NCBI GenBank assembly: GCA_009924895.1
Contig: RFQR01000001.1
Location: 79,575-143,574 of the forward strand
Direction: 5' to 3'
Length of the DNA stretch: 64,000 nucleotides
Origin: a bacterium
Lineage (GTDB): Bacteria > Patescibacteriota > Minisyncoccia > Phycocordibacterales > UBA2100
Below are positions 46,188 through 54,855 of this stretch, in pieces (position 1 is the stretch's first letter; every line of letters begins with the position of its first letter). The translations under genes were made by a program, and so were the position numbers. The notes beneath the pieces were generated by a model. That model was not told the origin of the DNA. It saw only the letters and a program-made list of their open reading frames with translations, and ran no database searches.

Positions 46188-46820
46188 TTGATCGGGGGTA
46201 CACAAGACAACTCAGGTGAGACTCGCGTTGCTATCTTGAGTAACGTCACAGTTACTGCTTCTGTCGACACCTCGTTCACATTCACGGTTGCTGGTGTGGC
46301 AAGTGGTGCATCAGTAAATGGTGATACTACTTCAACAACAACCGCAACCGCAATCGGCTTCGGTACTCTTGTTCCGACTGTTCCCGTGATTGCTGCCCAA
46401 GATCTCACGGTCACCACAAACGCAGTAAACGGTTTCTCGGTGACCGTTCAGGAAGACCAAAACCTTACCTCGGCAAATGGTGCAGACATTGATCTTTTCA
46501 AAGACGGAAACGAAAATGTAGCACCAACGACATGGACATCACCAACAAACACACTCGGTCAAGAAAAGACGTACAGCCACCTTGGTATCTCAAGTGAAGA
46601 CGCTACGCTTACCGCAGGTGATGAGTTCGGTACCTCGCTCTATGCGGGTAACTTCGGATCAACGACGCGTCAGGTTTTTTATCACAACGGCCCCGCAAAC
46701 GGTTCAACCGCAAACATCGGTGCTACTCGCGTCGGCTACAAGATTGAGATCGCATCCCTCCAGGAAGCTGCGAATGACTACATTAACCGCATTACGTACG
46801 TTGCAACTCCTGTTTTCTAA
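46188..46820 (+). CDS. Thr/Ser-rich beta-strand surface protein. The reading frame is open from 46032 with no ATG, and 46188 is a TTG
   Basis: It has TFTFTVAGV-type beta-rich repeats. The frame is continuous with the upstream ORF apart from a single TGA at 46029-46031. Confidence 0.4.
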   Translation: MIGGTQDNSGETRVAILSNVTVTASVDTSFTFTVAGVASGASVNGDTTSTTTATAIGFGTLVPTVPVIAAQDLTVTTNAVNGFSVTVQEDQNLTSANGADIDLFKDGNENVAPTTWTSPTNTLGQEKTYSHLGISSEDATLTAGDEFGTSLYAGNFGSTTRQVFYHNGPANGSTANIGATRVGYKIEIASLQEAANDYINRITYVATPVF

Positions 46821-46876
46821 ACCACAGGTGCACTCTCTCGTGTAAGTTTTTTAAACGAGGGTGATGTGGTACAACT

Positions 46877-47959
46877 ATGGAACACAGACGAACAGGTATG
46901 AGACCACTTACTCTCGCAGTTGCTTCTCTTTTTCTCACAGCTATTCTGTTTGGGGGTACAACTGTGTTTGCACAAGTATCAGAGGGCCTACAGATGAAGC
47001 CCGCAATCATCGAGGGAAAAATCAATCCGGGAGATTCTGCAACGTACTCAATAAAAGTAACCAATCTCTCTTCTGAGGAGCGTACGCTCTATTTGAGTCC
47101 CCAAAATATTGAAGGTGTCAATGAAAAAGGTTTGCCGCGGTTCGTGCAAGAGGGCGTACCGACCGGTTATGAACTCAGTTCATGGGTAGTTATTTCAGAT
47201 GATGTGGTGGTTTTGAAACCAAACAAGACAAAGGTGATTTCCTTTGAAGTACGGGTTCCTAAGGATGCGGCCCCGGGCGCGCACGTCGGAGGCATTTTTC
47301 TCGATGCTCGTGCACCGCGTTTGCGCACATCCGGATCAGGTATTAGTGTAAAAGTGGGAACACTGATTAGTTTGCGTATCTCAGGAGATATTATCGAAGA
47401 GGCTCGCATGCGGGAATTTTCAACTGAGCACACGGTATATAGTTCACCCAAGATCACCTTTAATTCGAAAGTGGAGAATCTTGGTAATGTGCTGCTTCGA
47501 CCACAGGGACTTATCGAGATTACTGACATGTTTGGAAAGCAGGTTGCAAACATTCCCGTCAATGATGCAGGCGCCTCGGTATTTCCAAAGACACAAAAAA
47601 TTTATGCGACTGAATGGAACTATCAGCGATTTACCTTTGGTCGCTACCAAGCAGTAGTGAGTCTTGTCTTTGGTGATGAGGCGCGCAAAACAATCTCAAG
47701 TACGTCATCATTTTGGGTCTTGCCAGCGCAGCCGATTCTTATAGCCTGCGGCACGCTCCTGGGGTTCTTGCTCCTCTTGTACTTCTTTGTGCGTATGTAT
47801 TTGCGCCGCAAATTCCGCGAAATGGAGCTCAGTGGCCGCAGTTCTGAGTACCATTTGCGCCGCAGCTCTCAGACTGCTTCGCGGCTCGTCGGTGTCGCGC
47901 TCTCAGTCTTCTTTGTATGCGTTCTGATTCTCGTCTTACTCTTTCTCTTGTTCGCGTAA
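46877..47959 (+). CDS. Cell-surface protein with a DUF916/DUF3324-like architecture: signal peptide, extracellular domain and C-terminal TM anchor
   Basis: There is a signal peptide, a central domain and a C-terminus LIACGTLLGFLLLLYFFVRMYLRRK TM segment followed by a second hydrophobic tail. Confidence 0.45.
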   Translation: MEHRRTGMRPLTLAVASLFLTAILFGGTTVFAQVSEGLQMKPAIIEGKINPGDSATYSIKVTNLSSEERTLYLSPQNIEGVNEKGLPRFVQEGVPTGYELSSWVVISDDVVVLKPNKTKVISFEVRVPKDAAPGAHVGGIFLDARAPRLRTSGSGISVKVGTLISLRISGDIIEEARMREFSTEHTVYSSPKITFNSKVENLGNVLLRPQGLIEITDMFGKQVANIPVNDAGASVFPKTQKIYATEWNYQRFTFGRYQAVVSLVFGDEARKTISSTSSFWVLPAQPILIACGTLLGFLLLLYFFVRMYLRRKFREMELSGRSSEYHLRRSSQTASRLVGVALSVFFVCVLILVLLFLLFA

Positions 47960-47963
47960 CGGT

Positions 47964-48407
47964 TTGCCTAATGTGGGCGGGGGAGATACTGTTATTAGTA
48001 TGACTATCGCGAAGCGACTCACTCTGATGCAGGCGGCGCTTTTGTGTGCGGCATCACTGTTTCTCCTTGTCGCACTCCTTCTTTCAACTCCAGCGCATCT
48101 CGCGTCGTCTTCTCGCACGATGCTTGCGCAAGTAGTTGGGCTCTCCGCGGGTGTCATACCCAATAGTGATAACATGCTCGCCGCACAGTTTGCCGCAAAA
48201 GAAAAGGAGCTGGCAGAGCGCGAAGCAGAGCTTTCCTCGCGCATGCAATCGACTTCGTCAGAATCACTCGCAACCACCATAGCAAGCATCAGTCTCGGTA
48301 TGAGTTTGTTTTTGTTTGTGCTTTTGGTGACGCATCTTATATATGATCGCCGTAGAATACTGCAAGCGCCTCCAGCGCTTGCCGTCGATCTTCGCCGCAA
48401 AGGGTAG
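47964..48407 (+). CDS. Membrane protein (two TM helices flanking a coiled-coil segment)
   Basis: The hydropathy pattern supports this; no motif was recognised. Confidence 0.35.
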   Translation: MPNVGGGDTVISMTIAKRLTLMQAALLCAASLFLLVALLLSTPAHLASSSRTMLAQVVGLSAGVIPNSDNMLAAQFAAKEKELAEREAELSSRMQSTSSESLATTIASISLGMSLFLFVLLVTHLIYDRRRILQAPPALAVDLRRKG

Positions 48408-48576
48408 GCGCTGCAAAATACGGTATACTCAGGTGAATGAAAACCCTGCGGTTGTTTGTGGTAATGGTCGGCGCGATGGGGCTCGCGGCACTCAGCATTA
48501 ATGCGTTTGATAATTACGATAATCCATCGCGATCGCTTCTTGGGTCCGCATATACTGCATTTACACGCTCATCCGT

Positions 48577-49724
48577 GTGTCCGTCGGGATGAGTACCGAA
48601 ATAATACCCACCATGCCAGTTCGCTTTAATGGCCTGCCTTCAGGACTTATCCCGGCAGGAAACAACGTTATCGAGGTATCACTCAATACGAATCGCTTTG
48701 CCACGTGCCGATGTGCAACGACTTCAGGCGTTTTGTACGACGATATGACCTATCAATTTTCTCCCACCGTCGGTACCTCGTTTTATCGCGTTATAACCGG
48801 GCACCAAGATGACACGACCTATCATTATTATGTGCGCTGCATGGACACCAATGGCATAAAAAACGATGATGACTATGATATTTCGTTCAAACTCTTGCCA
48901 ACTCCCGATAGTGATTCATCGATTCTCGGGAAACCGGGTGCTGATGGTTCGGGCGGCGCGGGCGCGATTCCATACGGTAGTCCCTCGCTCTAGCAGGCAC
49001 AAGTCACGATAGGCGGGCGCAGCAGCCCGAATGCAACAGTCGTCTTTTAAAAGATGGCAAGCAAGCGGGAACGATTGCAGCAAAGCGAGATGGTTCATTT
49101 ACCTATACGATCACAAACTTAGAGTGCGGTATTTATACGTTCGGCGCCTATGCAGTAAATGCCGCGGGTCAAAAATCAGGCACATACTCGTCAACCCTGA
49201 CACTCGGACAAGGTACGCGCAACAGCATCGAAGGTGTCATCCTGCCGCCAATAATGGCGATACAAAAAAATCCGCTCACAATTGGCGAGTCGGTACGTGT
49301 TTCAGGCGAAAGCCTCCCAGGTAGTTCTATTGAGCTTGAGGTTCTACCGCAAGAATCATTTGACACCGATCTCACAGAGGTTTTCGTCGCGACGACCACC
49401 CAAGCTCCTCTTGATGCGCCCGTTACCTGGAGTATCACTATTCCTTCGTCGCAGCTTGCAAAGGGATCGTATCGGTTCCGCGCACGAACTTCTTCTTCGG
49501 ATGCGGTGCGAAGTACCTACACGACGCTTTTTGTCGGCGAAGGGGTAGTAGCAGGGGAGAGCAGTCTTCGAGTTGACTTAAACCGTGACGGCAAGATGAA
49601 TCTTGTCGACTTTTCGATTATGCTCTCAGGGTGGGGGAAGAGGGGCGTCGATGCGGATGTCAATGACGATGGTATGGTCAATCTTGCCGATGTCAGTATT
49701 CTTCTCTTCAATTGGACTGGATAA
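48577..49724 (+). pseudogene. Frameshifted secreted protein: N-terminal domain, Ig-like domain and C-terminal dockerin-type repeats
   Basis: The frame of 48577-48993 stops at TAG. The adjacent frame is open from 48981 with no start codon and encodes LKDGKQAGTIAAKRDGSFTYTITNLECGIYTFGAYAVNAAGQKSG (Ig-like), then the track ORF 49254-49724 with dockerin repeats DLNRDGKMNLVDFSIM / DVNDDGMVNLADVSILL. Confidence 0.5.
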
Positions 49725-49783
49725 CGTATGTTCATACTCGAATATGTGAAAGCTAACAGAGCCCTTTTTTTGTTGCAATTGGC

Positions 49784-50254
49784 ATGTCTTTTGCAGGCAG
49801 TGTGTGGGCGTACCGCGCCCTATCGCTCCCGCTTCACGGTGATACGGTAGCTCTCTTTTCAGAAACGGTGCAACGAGAAGATGGAACTAAGGCGCGCATG
49901 CTCCAGCGCCATGCACGCATCACTATTCTCTACTGGTGGGCGTCGTGGTGTCCCTATTGCGCCGATGAGTTTCAGCAGCTTCAAAAGGTAAAAAAGCGCT
50001 ATGGCAGTGCTGTTGAAGTTATCGCCCTTAATCGCGGAGAGTCGCTCGAAGTTATTCATTCATTTACCGCCCCGTTTCGATCAAATGGTATTGTATTTCT
50101 CAATGACGCAGATGATAGCGTGTTCAAAAAAATTGGCGGGTATGCTATGCCCGAAACGCTTTTTATTTCGAGAAAAGGGCAGATCATTGCCCATCAGCAC
50201 GGCCCCTCTGGAGAAGGTGAGCTCGAAGCACTTGTTGAACGCGAGTTGCGCTAA
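49784..50254 (+). CDS. TlpA/ResA-like thiol:disulfide oxidoreductase (thioredoxin fold)
   Basis: It has a WCPYC active site and a TlpA-like length. Confidence 0.8.
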   Translation: MSFAGSVWAYRALSLPLHGDTVALFSETVQREDGTKARMLQRHARITILYWWASWCPYCADEFQQLQKVKKRYGSAVEVIALNRGESLEVIHSFTAPFRSNGIVFLNDADDSVFKKIGGYAMPETLFISRKGQIIAHQHGPSGEGELEALVERELR

Positions 50255-50305
50255 GACCGTCCTTGCATTTTTTTAAAAGGTTGTTAGCGTGAAGAAGGAA
50301 GGGCA

Positions 50306-50608
50306 TTGGTCGAACCTCAGGAGGTGATCATGAGAAGCTCGGTACAATCCAAAACTCGTCGCAAAGCGCGGCAGATTCCGAAACAAATTGATCTTGCAGC
50401 TCTTGGCAACGGTGAGCTGTCATACATCAGACAAGTTTCAGCCGAAAAAGCACGTGAAGAGTTTCCGAGCATCGAAAAAATGCCGAAAGATATCGATCTC
50501 TTTGTCCTCCACGGAGCAGATGGAACACCGCTCGCGCTTACCGACACGAAACAAGCTGCAATCGGGTATGCAATGGGCGGTGACCTTGAGATTCGGATGT
50601 TGCACTGA
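50306..50608 (+). CDS. Small hypothetical protein (DUF1150-like pattern LFVLHGADGTPLAL)
   Basis: A 100-aa ORF with weak family resemblance only. Confidence 0.3.
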   Translation: MVEPQEVIMRSSVQSKTRRKARQIPKQIDLAALGNGELSYIRQVSAEKAREEFPSIEKMPKDIDLFVLHGADGTPLALTDTKQAAIGYAMGGDLEIRMLH

Positions 50609-50655
50609 GAACTAGAGAGCGCCGGGAAACCGGCGCTCTGTCTCTTATCAAAAAC

Positions 50656-50684
50656 TTGCTTTTTTTCTTTTTATATTGTATAAT
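50656..50684 (+). promoter_or_regulatory. Sigma-70-type promoter for the helicase gene
   Basis: TTGCTT is followed by a 17-nt spacer and then TG-TATAAT (extended -10). Confidence 0.5.
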
Positions 50685-50720
50685 AGAAAAATTGAAGGTA
50701 CGCCCTCAATACTAATTGTC

Positions 50721-51935
50721 ATGGAACCACATACAACGAATCCCGTTTCGGGATCTTTTCGCGGCATGGGTCTTGCACCGGCGCTTTTGGACGTGCTTGA
50801 TTCCGCGCATTTTACGACTCCAACTCCGATTCAAGAGCGTGCAATACCGCATGCGGTTGTTGGTACCGATGTTATTGGTGTTGCGCAAACGGGTACCGGC
50901 AAAACACTCGCCTTTGGGCTGCCGCTCGTGCAGCGTCTCCTCGGAAATCAATCAACCGGGCTTATCCTCGTGCCAACGCGCGAGCTTGCGCTGCAGGTTG
51001 CAGAAACACTCGCGCGCTTCGGAAAACCGCTCCATCTCTCAGGCACTGTTCTTATTGGCGGCGCTGCGATGGGGCCGCAGGTATCGGACCTTCGCCGCAA
51101 GCCGCGCATTATCATCGCAACCCCGGGACGCCTCCTTGATCATATGCGACAAGGCACCATTCGACTCGATACTGTTTCTATGTTGGTACTTGATGAGGCG
51201 GACCGTATGCTCGATATGGGTTTTTGGCCTCAGGTAAAAGAAATTATGAACGCACTCACGAGCGAACGACAAACGATGCTCTTTTCGGCGACGCTCTCGC
51301 GCGAAATTGTTGATCTGGCTCGCAAGTATATGAAAACGCCGACCTCTATCGAGGTAGCGCCTCCGGGAACAACTGCCGAAAAAGTAACGCAGGAATTTTT
51401 CTTTGTGCGAAAACAAGAGAAACCACAGCTTTTGGAAAAAGTGCTTGAGGGCTCAGGTTCGACTATTGTTTTTTTGCGTACGAAACACACGACGAAAAAA
51501 ATTGCTCGCTTGGTGCGAGATATGGGATATACCGCGGCAGAGATTCACGGCAACCGTACGCTGGGGCAGCGCACGCAAGCGATTGAAGGTTTCCGATCAG
51601 GAAAAATTAAGGTGTTGGTTGCAACGGATATAGCGGCGCGAGGTATTGATGTTAAAGGCGTTGAATTGGTAGTGAACTATGACATGCCAATGAAGCTCGA
51701 AGACTACGTGCATCGCATCGGACGAACTGCCCGCGCAGGAACGGAAGGGAAAGCGATTTCATTCGTGCTTCCCGAGGAGCGCCGGGTATTGAACGGTGTC
51801 GAACGCTTGATCCGTAAGCATGTACAGATTTCAAAAATGCCTGTATTGCCACCAGCACGTGCCGTATCTCAAACAACAATGGACGAGCCGTTTCGCGGTC
51901 GGTCTCAGCGTCGCAGGCCATTTCGACGTAGGTAG
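50721..51935 (+). CDS. DEAD-box ATP-dependent RNA helicase
   Basis: The Q-motif region, AQTGTGKT, DEAD (LVLDEADRML), SAT and HRIGRTARAG are present, together with an Arg-rich C-tail. An alternative start lies at 50676. Confidence 0.9.
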   Translation: MEPHTTNPVSGSFRGMGLAPALLDVLDSAHFTTPTPIQERAIPHAVVGTDVIGVAQTGTGKTLAFGLPLVQRLLGNQSTGLILVPTRELALQVAETLARFGKPLHLSGTVLIGGAAMGPQVSDLRRKPRIIIATPGRLLDHMRQGTIRLDTVSMLVLDEADRMLDMGFWPQVKEIMNALTSERQTMLFSATLSREIVDLARKYMKTPTSIEVAPPGTTAEKVTQEFFFVRKQEKPQLLEKVLEGSGSTIVFLRTKHTTKKIARLVRDMGYTAAEIHGNRTLGQRTQAIEGFRSGKIKVLVATDIAARGIDVKGVELVVNYDMPMKLEDYVHRIGRTARAGTEGKAISFVLPEERRVLNGVERLIRKHVQISKMPVLPPARAVSQTTMDEPFRGRSQRRRPFRRR

Positions 51936-52033
51936 TATACAATCAACGATGCTCTCGTTATTGGAACATCGTACTCCACGATACTCGGCACACGTGCCGC
52001 AGTGCTTGTAGTTCTAAGTGGTATAATTGCCAC

Positions 52034-53182
52034 ATGGGTTTTTCGTTTTCTGATCTTTTTGGAAAAATTACCGCTGTCTCAGGTGCGGGGTCTGGGGAGA
52101 GTGTTCTCGGTATTGACATTGGCGCCTCTTCAATCAAGGTCGTACAGCTGCGCAATAGTCACGGTGCTGCGGTTTTGGAGACGTATGGCGAAATTGCGCT
52201 TGCCCCGTATGCAAAACAGCCAGTAGGAAAGGCGATAAAACTTACTCCCGAACAATTAGCAAAAGCAATCACCGATCTTGTCAAAGAAGCAAATGTAACC
52301 AGCAATAAAGCGGGGGTCTCTATTCCATTTTCAGCGAGCCTCGTTACGGTGATTGATTTACCACAAGTGGGGGAGGACCAGCTCAAGCGTATGGTGCCGA
52401 TTGAGGCGCGTAAGTATATTCCCGTTCCAGTATCTGAAGTTGCGCTTGATTGGTTTGTGATACCAAAAGATACTGAAAGTGATACGTTTGACCATCTCGA
52501 AACAGCGCAAACTGCACACCCAAAGGGTGAAGAAGTGCTGTTGGTTGCCGTTCATAATGATATTTTGCGCTCCTACCAGGAGATTATGCAAAACGCATCG
52601 ATAAGCGCATCGTTTTATGAAGTCGAAATTTTTAGTGCGGTACGTTCATCGTTAGGCCACGGCCTTGCGCCGGTTATGATTGTTGATATTGGTGCCTCGA
52701 CGACCAAGATGTATGTGGTGGAGCGCGGAGTGGTGAGGCTCACGCACTTGCTTACGGTTGGGGGTCAGCATATGTCTGAGTATCTCGCGCGCGCGATGAC
52801 GTGGGAGTTTGATAAGGCGGAGCGTATCAAGCGTGAACGCGGTCTCGTTGATTCAGGTGCATTCTCTACCGATGAGAACGATCGCATTAAGAGCGCATTG
52901 TTATCAACACTGACTCGCGTGTTTACTGAGGTTGATAGAGTATTATTGAGCTACGGGCAACGATACAATAAGAATATCTCTCATGTTGTTTTTGCGGGAG
53001 GAGGAGCGTCATTACCGGGACTCCTTGATACCGCACAAGCATCGCTCAACGCCGAAGTTGAAATTGCCCAACCATTTTCTCGCACGGAAGCTCCCGCATT
53101 TCTTGCTGATGCTCTGCGACAAATTGGTCCCGGATTCGCAGTTGCAGTGGGGCTTGCACTCCGTAAGCTCAAACGCGGCTAA
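52034..53182 (+). CDS. pilM: Type IV pilus assembly protein PilM (actin-like ATPase fold)
   Basis: GIDIGASSIKVVQL and two actin-like subdomains are present, and it is the first gene of the pilus operon. Confidence 0.85.
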   Translation: MGFSFSDLFGKITAVSGAGSGESVLGIDIGASSIKVVQLRNSHGAAVLETYGEIALAPYAKQPVGKAIKLTPEQLAKAITDLVKEANVTSNKAGVSIPFSASLVTVIDLPQVGEDQLKRMVPIEARKYIPVPVSEVALDWFVIPKDTESDTFDHLETAQTAHPKGEEVLLVAVHNDILRSYQEIMQNASISASFYEVEIFSAVRSSLGHGLAPVMIVDIGASTTKMYVVERGVVRLTHLLTVGGQHMSEYLARAMTWEFDKAERIKRERGLVDSGAFSTDENDRIKSALLSTLTRVFTEVDRVLLSYGQRYNKNISHVVFAGGGASLPGLLDTAQASLNAEVEIAQPFSRTEAPAFLADALRQIGPGFAVAVGLALRKLKRG

Positions 53183-53185
53183 CCT

Positions 53186-53926
53186 ATGGAATCAAACATC
53201 ACTTCATCGTTCATTCCGTCAGATGCGGGCAACATGACCAGCTCGAGGAGCGCTGAGCCAGCGCTCTTTGATTTGTTTTTACTGCTCTCATCCGTACTTT
53301 TAGTCGCGTCAGGTACGCTTGCGGTTGGTGTGTTTCTATACCACCAGTACCTTGGCACGAGTTTGCAGTCGAAAACCGAACAGATTGAACGCGCGAAAAA
53401 AGCGTTTGAGCCGGCGCTCGTCCAGGATCTCGCGCGACTCGACGATCGCATGCACGCAAGCGACAGCATCTTGGGAGCGCACCTCGCAATCTCAGGATTT
53501 TTTCGTATGCTTGAAGCCGCTACTCTTAAATCAGTTACCTTTAAAACACTGACGTTTGACGCTTCGGACCCGAAAGATATTCAAATAAAAATGACTGGCA
53601 CGGCCCGAACAGTCAACGGCATCGCGCTTCAAGCCGACGTGTTTACAAAAGGCGGTGCCTTGGTGAGTCCCATTTTTTCCAATATCGTGCGGCAGGATGA
53701 TGGGGTAAATTTTGAGCTCAGTGCGGAGGTCAACCAGTCACTCGTTCGTTTTTCTTCGGTTAAAGGCGCGGCAGGTGAGAGCACTCTCCAGTCCGGAGAT
53801 GTTTTTGCTCCGCAAAATGTCTCGGTGCCACAAGAAGCACAGCCTCCCGCTCCCGCTCCCACTTCCACTTCCGTAAAAAGTAACGAGCCTGCAAGCGCTC
53901 CGCCGCAGCCACAACCGAGACTATGA
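53186..53926 (+). CDS. pilN: PilN-like bitopic inner-membrane pilus assembly protein with a Pro-rich C-tail
   Basis: It has a single TM helix (LFDLFLLLSSVLLVASGTLAVGVFLY) and then a periplasmic domain, in the position of pilN after pilM. Confidence 0.55.
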   Translation: MESNITSSFIPSDAGNMTSSRSAEPALFDLFLLLSSVLLVASGTLAVGVFLYHQYLGTSLQSKTEQIERAKKAFEPALVQDLARLDDRMHASDSILGAHLAISGFFRMLEAATLKSVTFKTLTFDASDPKDIQIKMTGTARTVNGIALQADVFTKGGALVSPIFSNIVRQDDGVNFELSAEVNQSLVRFSSVKGAAGESTLQSGDVFAPQNVSVPQEAQPPAPAPTSTSVKSNEPASAPPQPQPRL

Positions 53927-54486
53927 TACGAACTATCCTCGCCGTTTTAGCACTTGTCGGTTCGGGAGTCTTGTTTTTTGGCTACACCAAACCGTTGTAC
54001 GACGATGTGCATGTTCGTGAAGTAAAAATTGCTGAGCACGACCAAGCGCTCACTCGCGCTGCAGAGCTTCAGAAACTGAAGCAGACGCTGCTTTCACGCT
54101 ACAATGCATTTGATCCAGCCGATCTTGAACGTCTGCATAAAATGCTCCCCGACCATGTTGACAACGTGCGCTTGGTTCTTGATCTCGACAGTCTTGCAAC
54201 GAAGCACCACATGGCTGTTGAAAATGTAGTCGTAAATACACAAAAAGAAAAAAAGGATACCCAGACGATAGGAGGCACCTCTTCGAATCAAAAATACGAT
54301 TCGCTCACGCTGCGGTTTGCAACTGACGGAACGTATCAAGATTTTATACAGTTTATTGAAGAGCTCGAATCGAGCCTGCGTATCGTCGACGTGGTCAATG
54401 TTGCCCTGACACAAGGTGCTCAAAAGTCTGGCATCGAACCAATTTATCATTACGACATTACGATTAAAACCTACTGGCTCAAGTAA
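53923..54486 (+). CDS. pilO: PilO-like bitopic pilus assembly protein
   Basis: It has an N-terminal TM helix, a coiled coil and an alpha/beta domain, and follows pilN with an ATGA overlap. Confidence 0.55.
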   Translation: MIRTILAVLALVGSGVLFFGYTKPLYDDVHVREVKIAEHDQALTRAAELQKLKQTLLSRYNAFDPADLERLHKMLPDHVDNVRLVLDLDSLATKHHMAVENVVVNTQKEKKDTQTIGGTSSNQKYDSLTLRFATDGTYQDFIQFIEELESSLRIVDVVNVALTQGAQKSGIEPIYHYDITIKTYWLK

Positions 54487-54489
54487 CGT

Positions 54490-54849
54490 ATGCTGAATAA
54501 ATTACTTTTTTTCGGTTTTGCTGCCCTCATTGCTTTTGGTGCATGGTGGGGAATTTCCTCGAGTGGAACCGGAGAGCAGCCCCTCATCGCAACCGAATCG
54601 ACGCTCAATCAAGGCGCGGCTGGAGCCGATGGTTTACTCTCGTTGCGTACGATTACGCTCAGTAGCACCATTTTCAACGACCCCTTGTTTCGAGTACTGA
54701 TTGACGTGGGAGTTGATATTGTTCCTGAACTAGCAGGGAAGAGAAATCCATTTGCGCAACCGGCTGACGCTGCTCCTGCGGGGACGCTGCCGTCCTCGTT
54801 TGAGACAAAACCAAAGCAACAAAAGACGCCAGGAGGGTTGCGACCGTAA
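54490..54849 (+). CDS. Small signal-anchored protein in the pilus operon (PilP-like position)
   Basis: It has an N-terminal hydrophobic helix and is 119 aa long. Confidence 0.35.
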   Translation: MLNKLLFFGFAALIAFGAWWGISSSGTGEQPLIATESTLNQGAAGADGLLSLRTITLSSTIFNDPLFRVLIDVGVDIVPELAGKRNPFAQPADAAPAGTLPSSFETKPKQQKTPGGLRP

Positions 54850-54855
54850 CTACCT

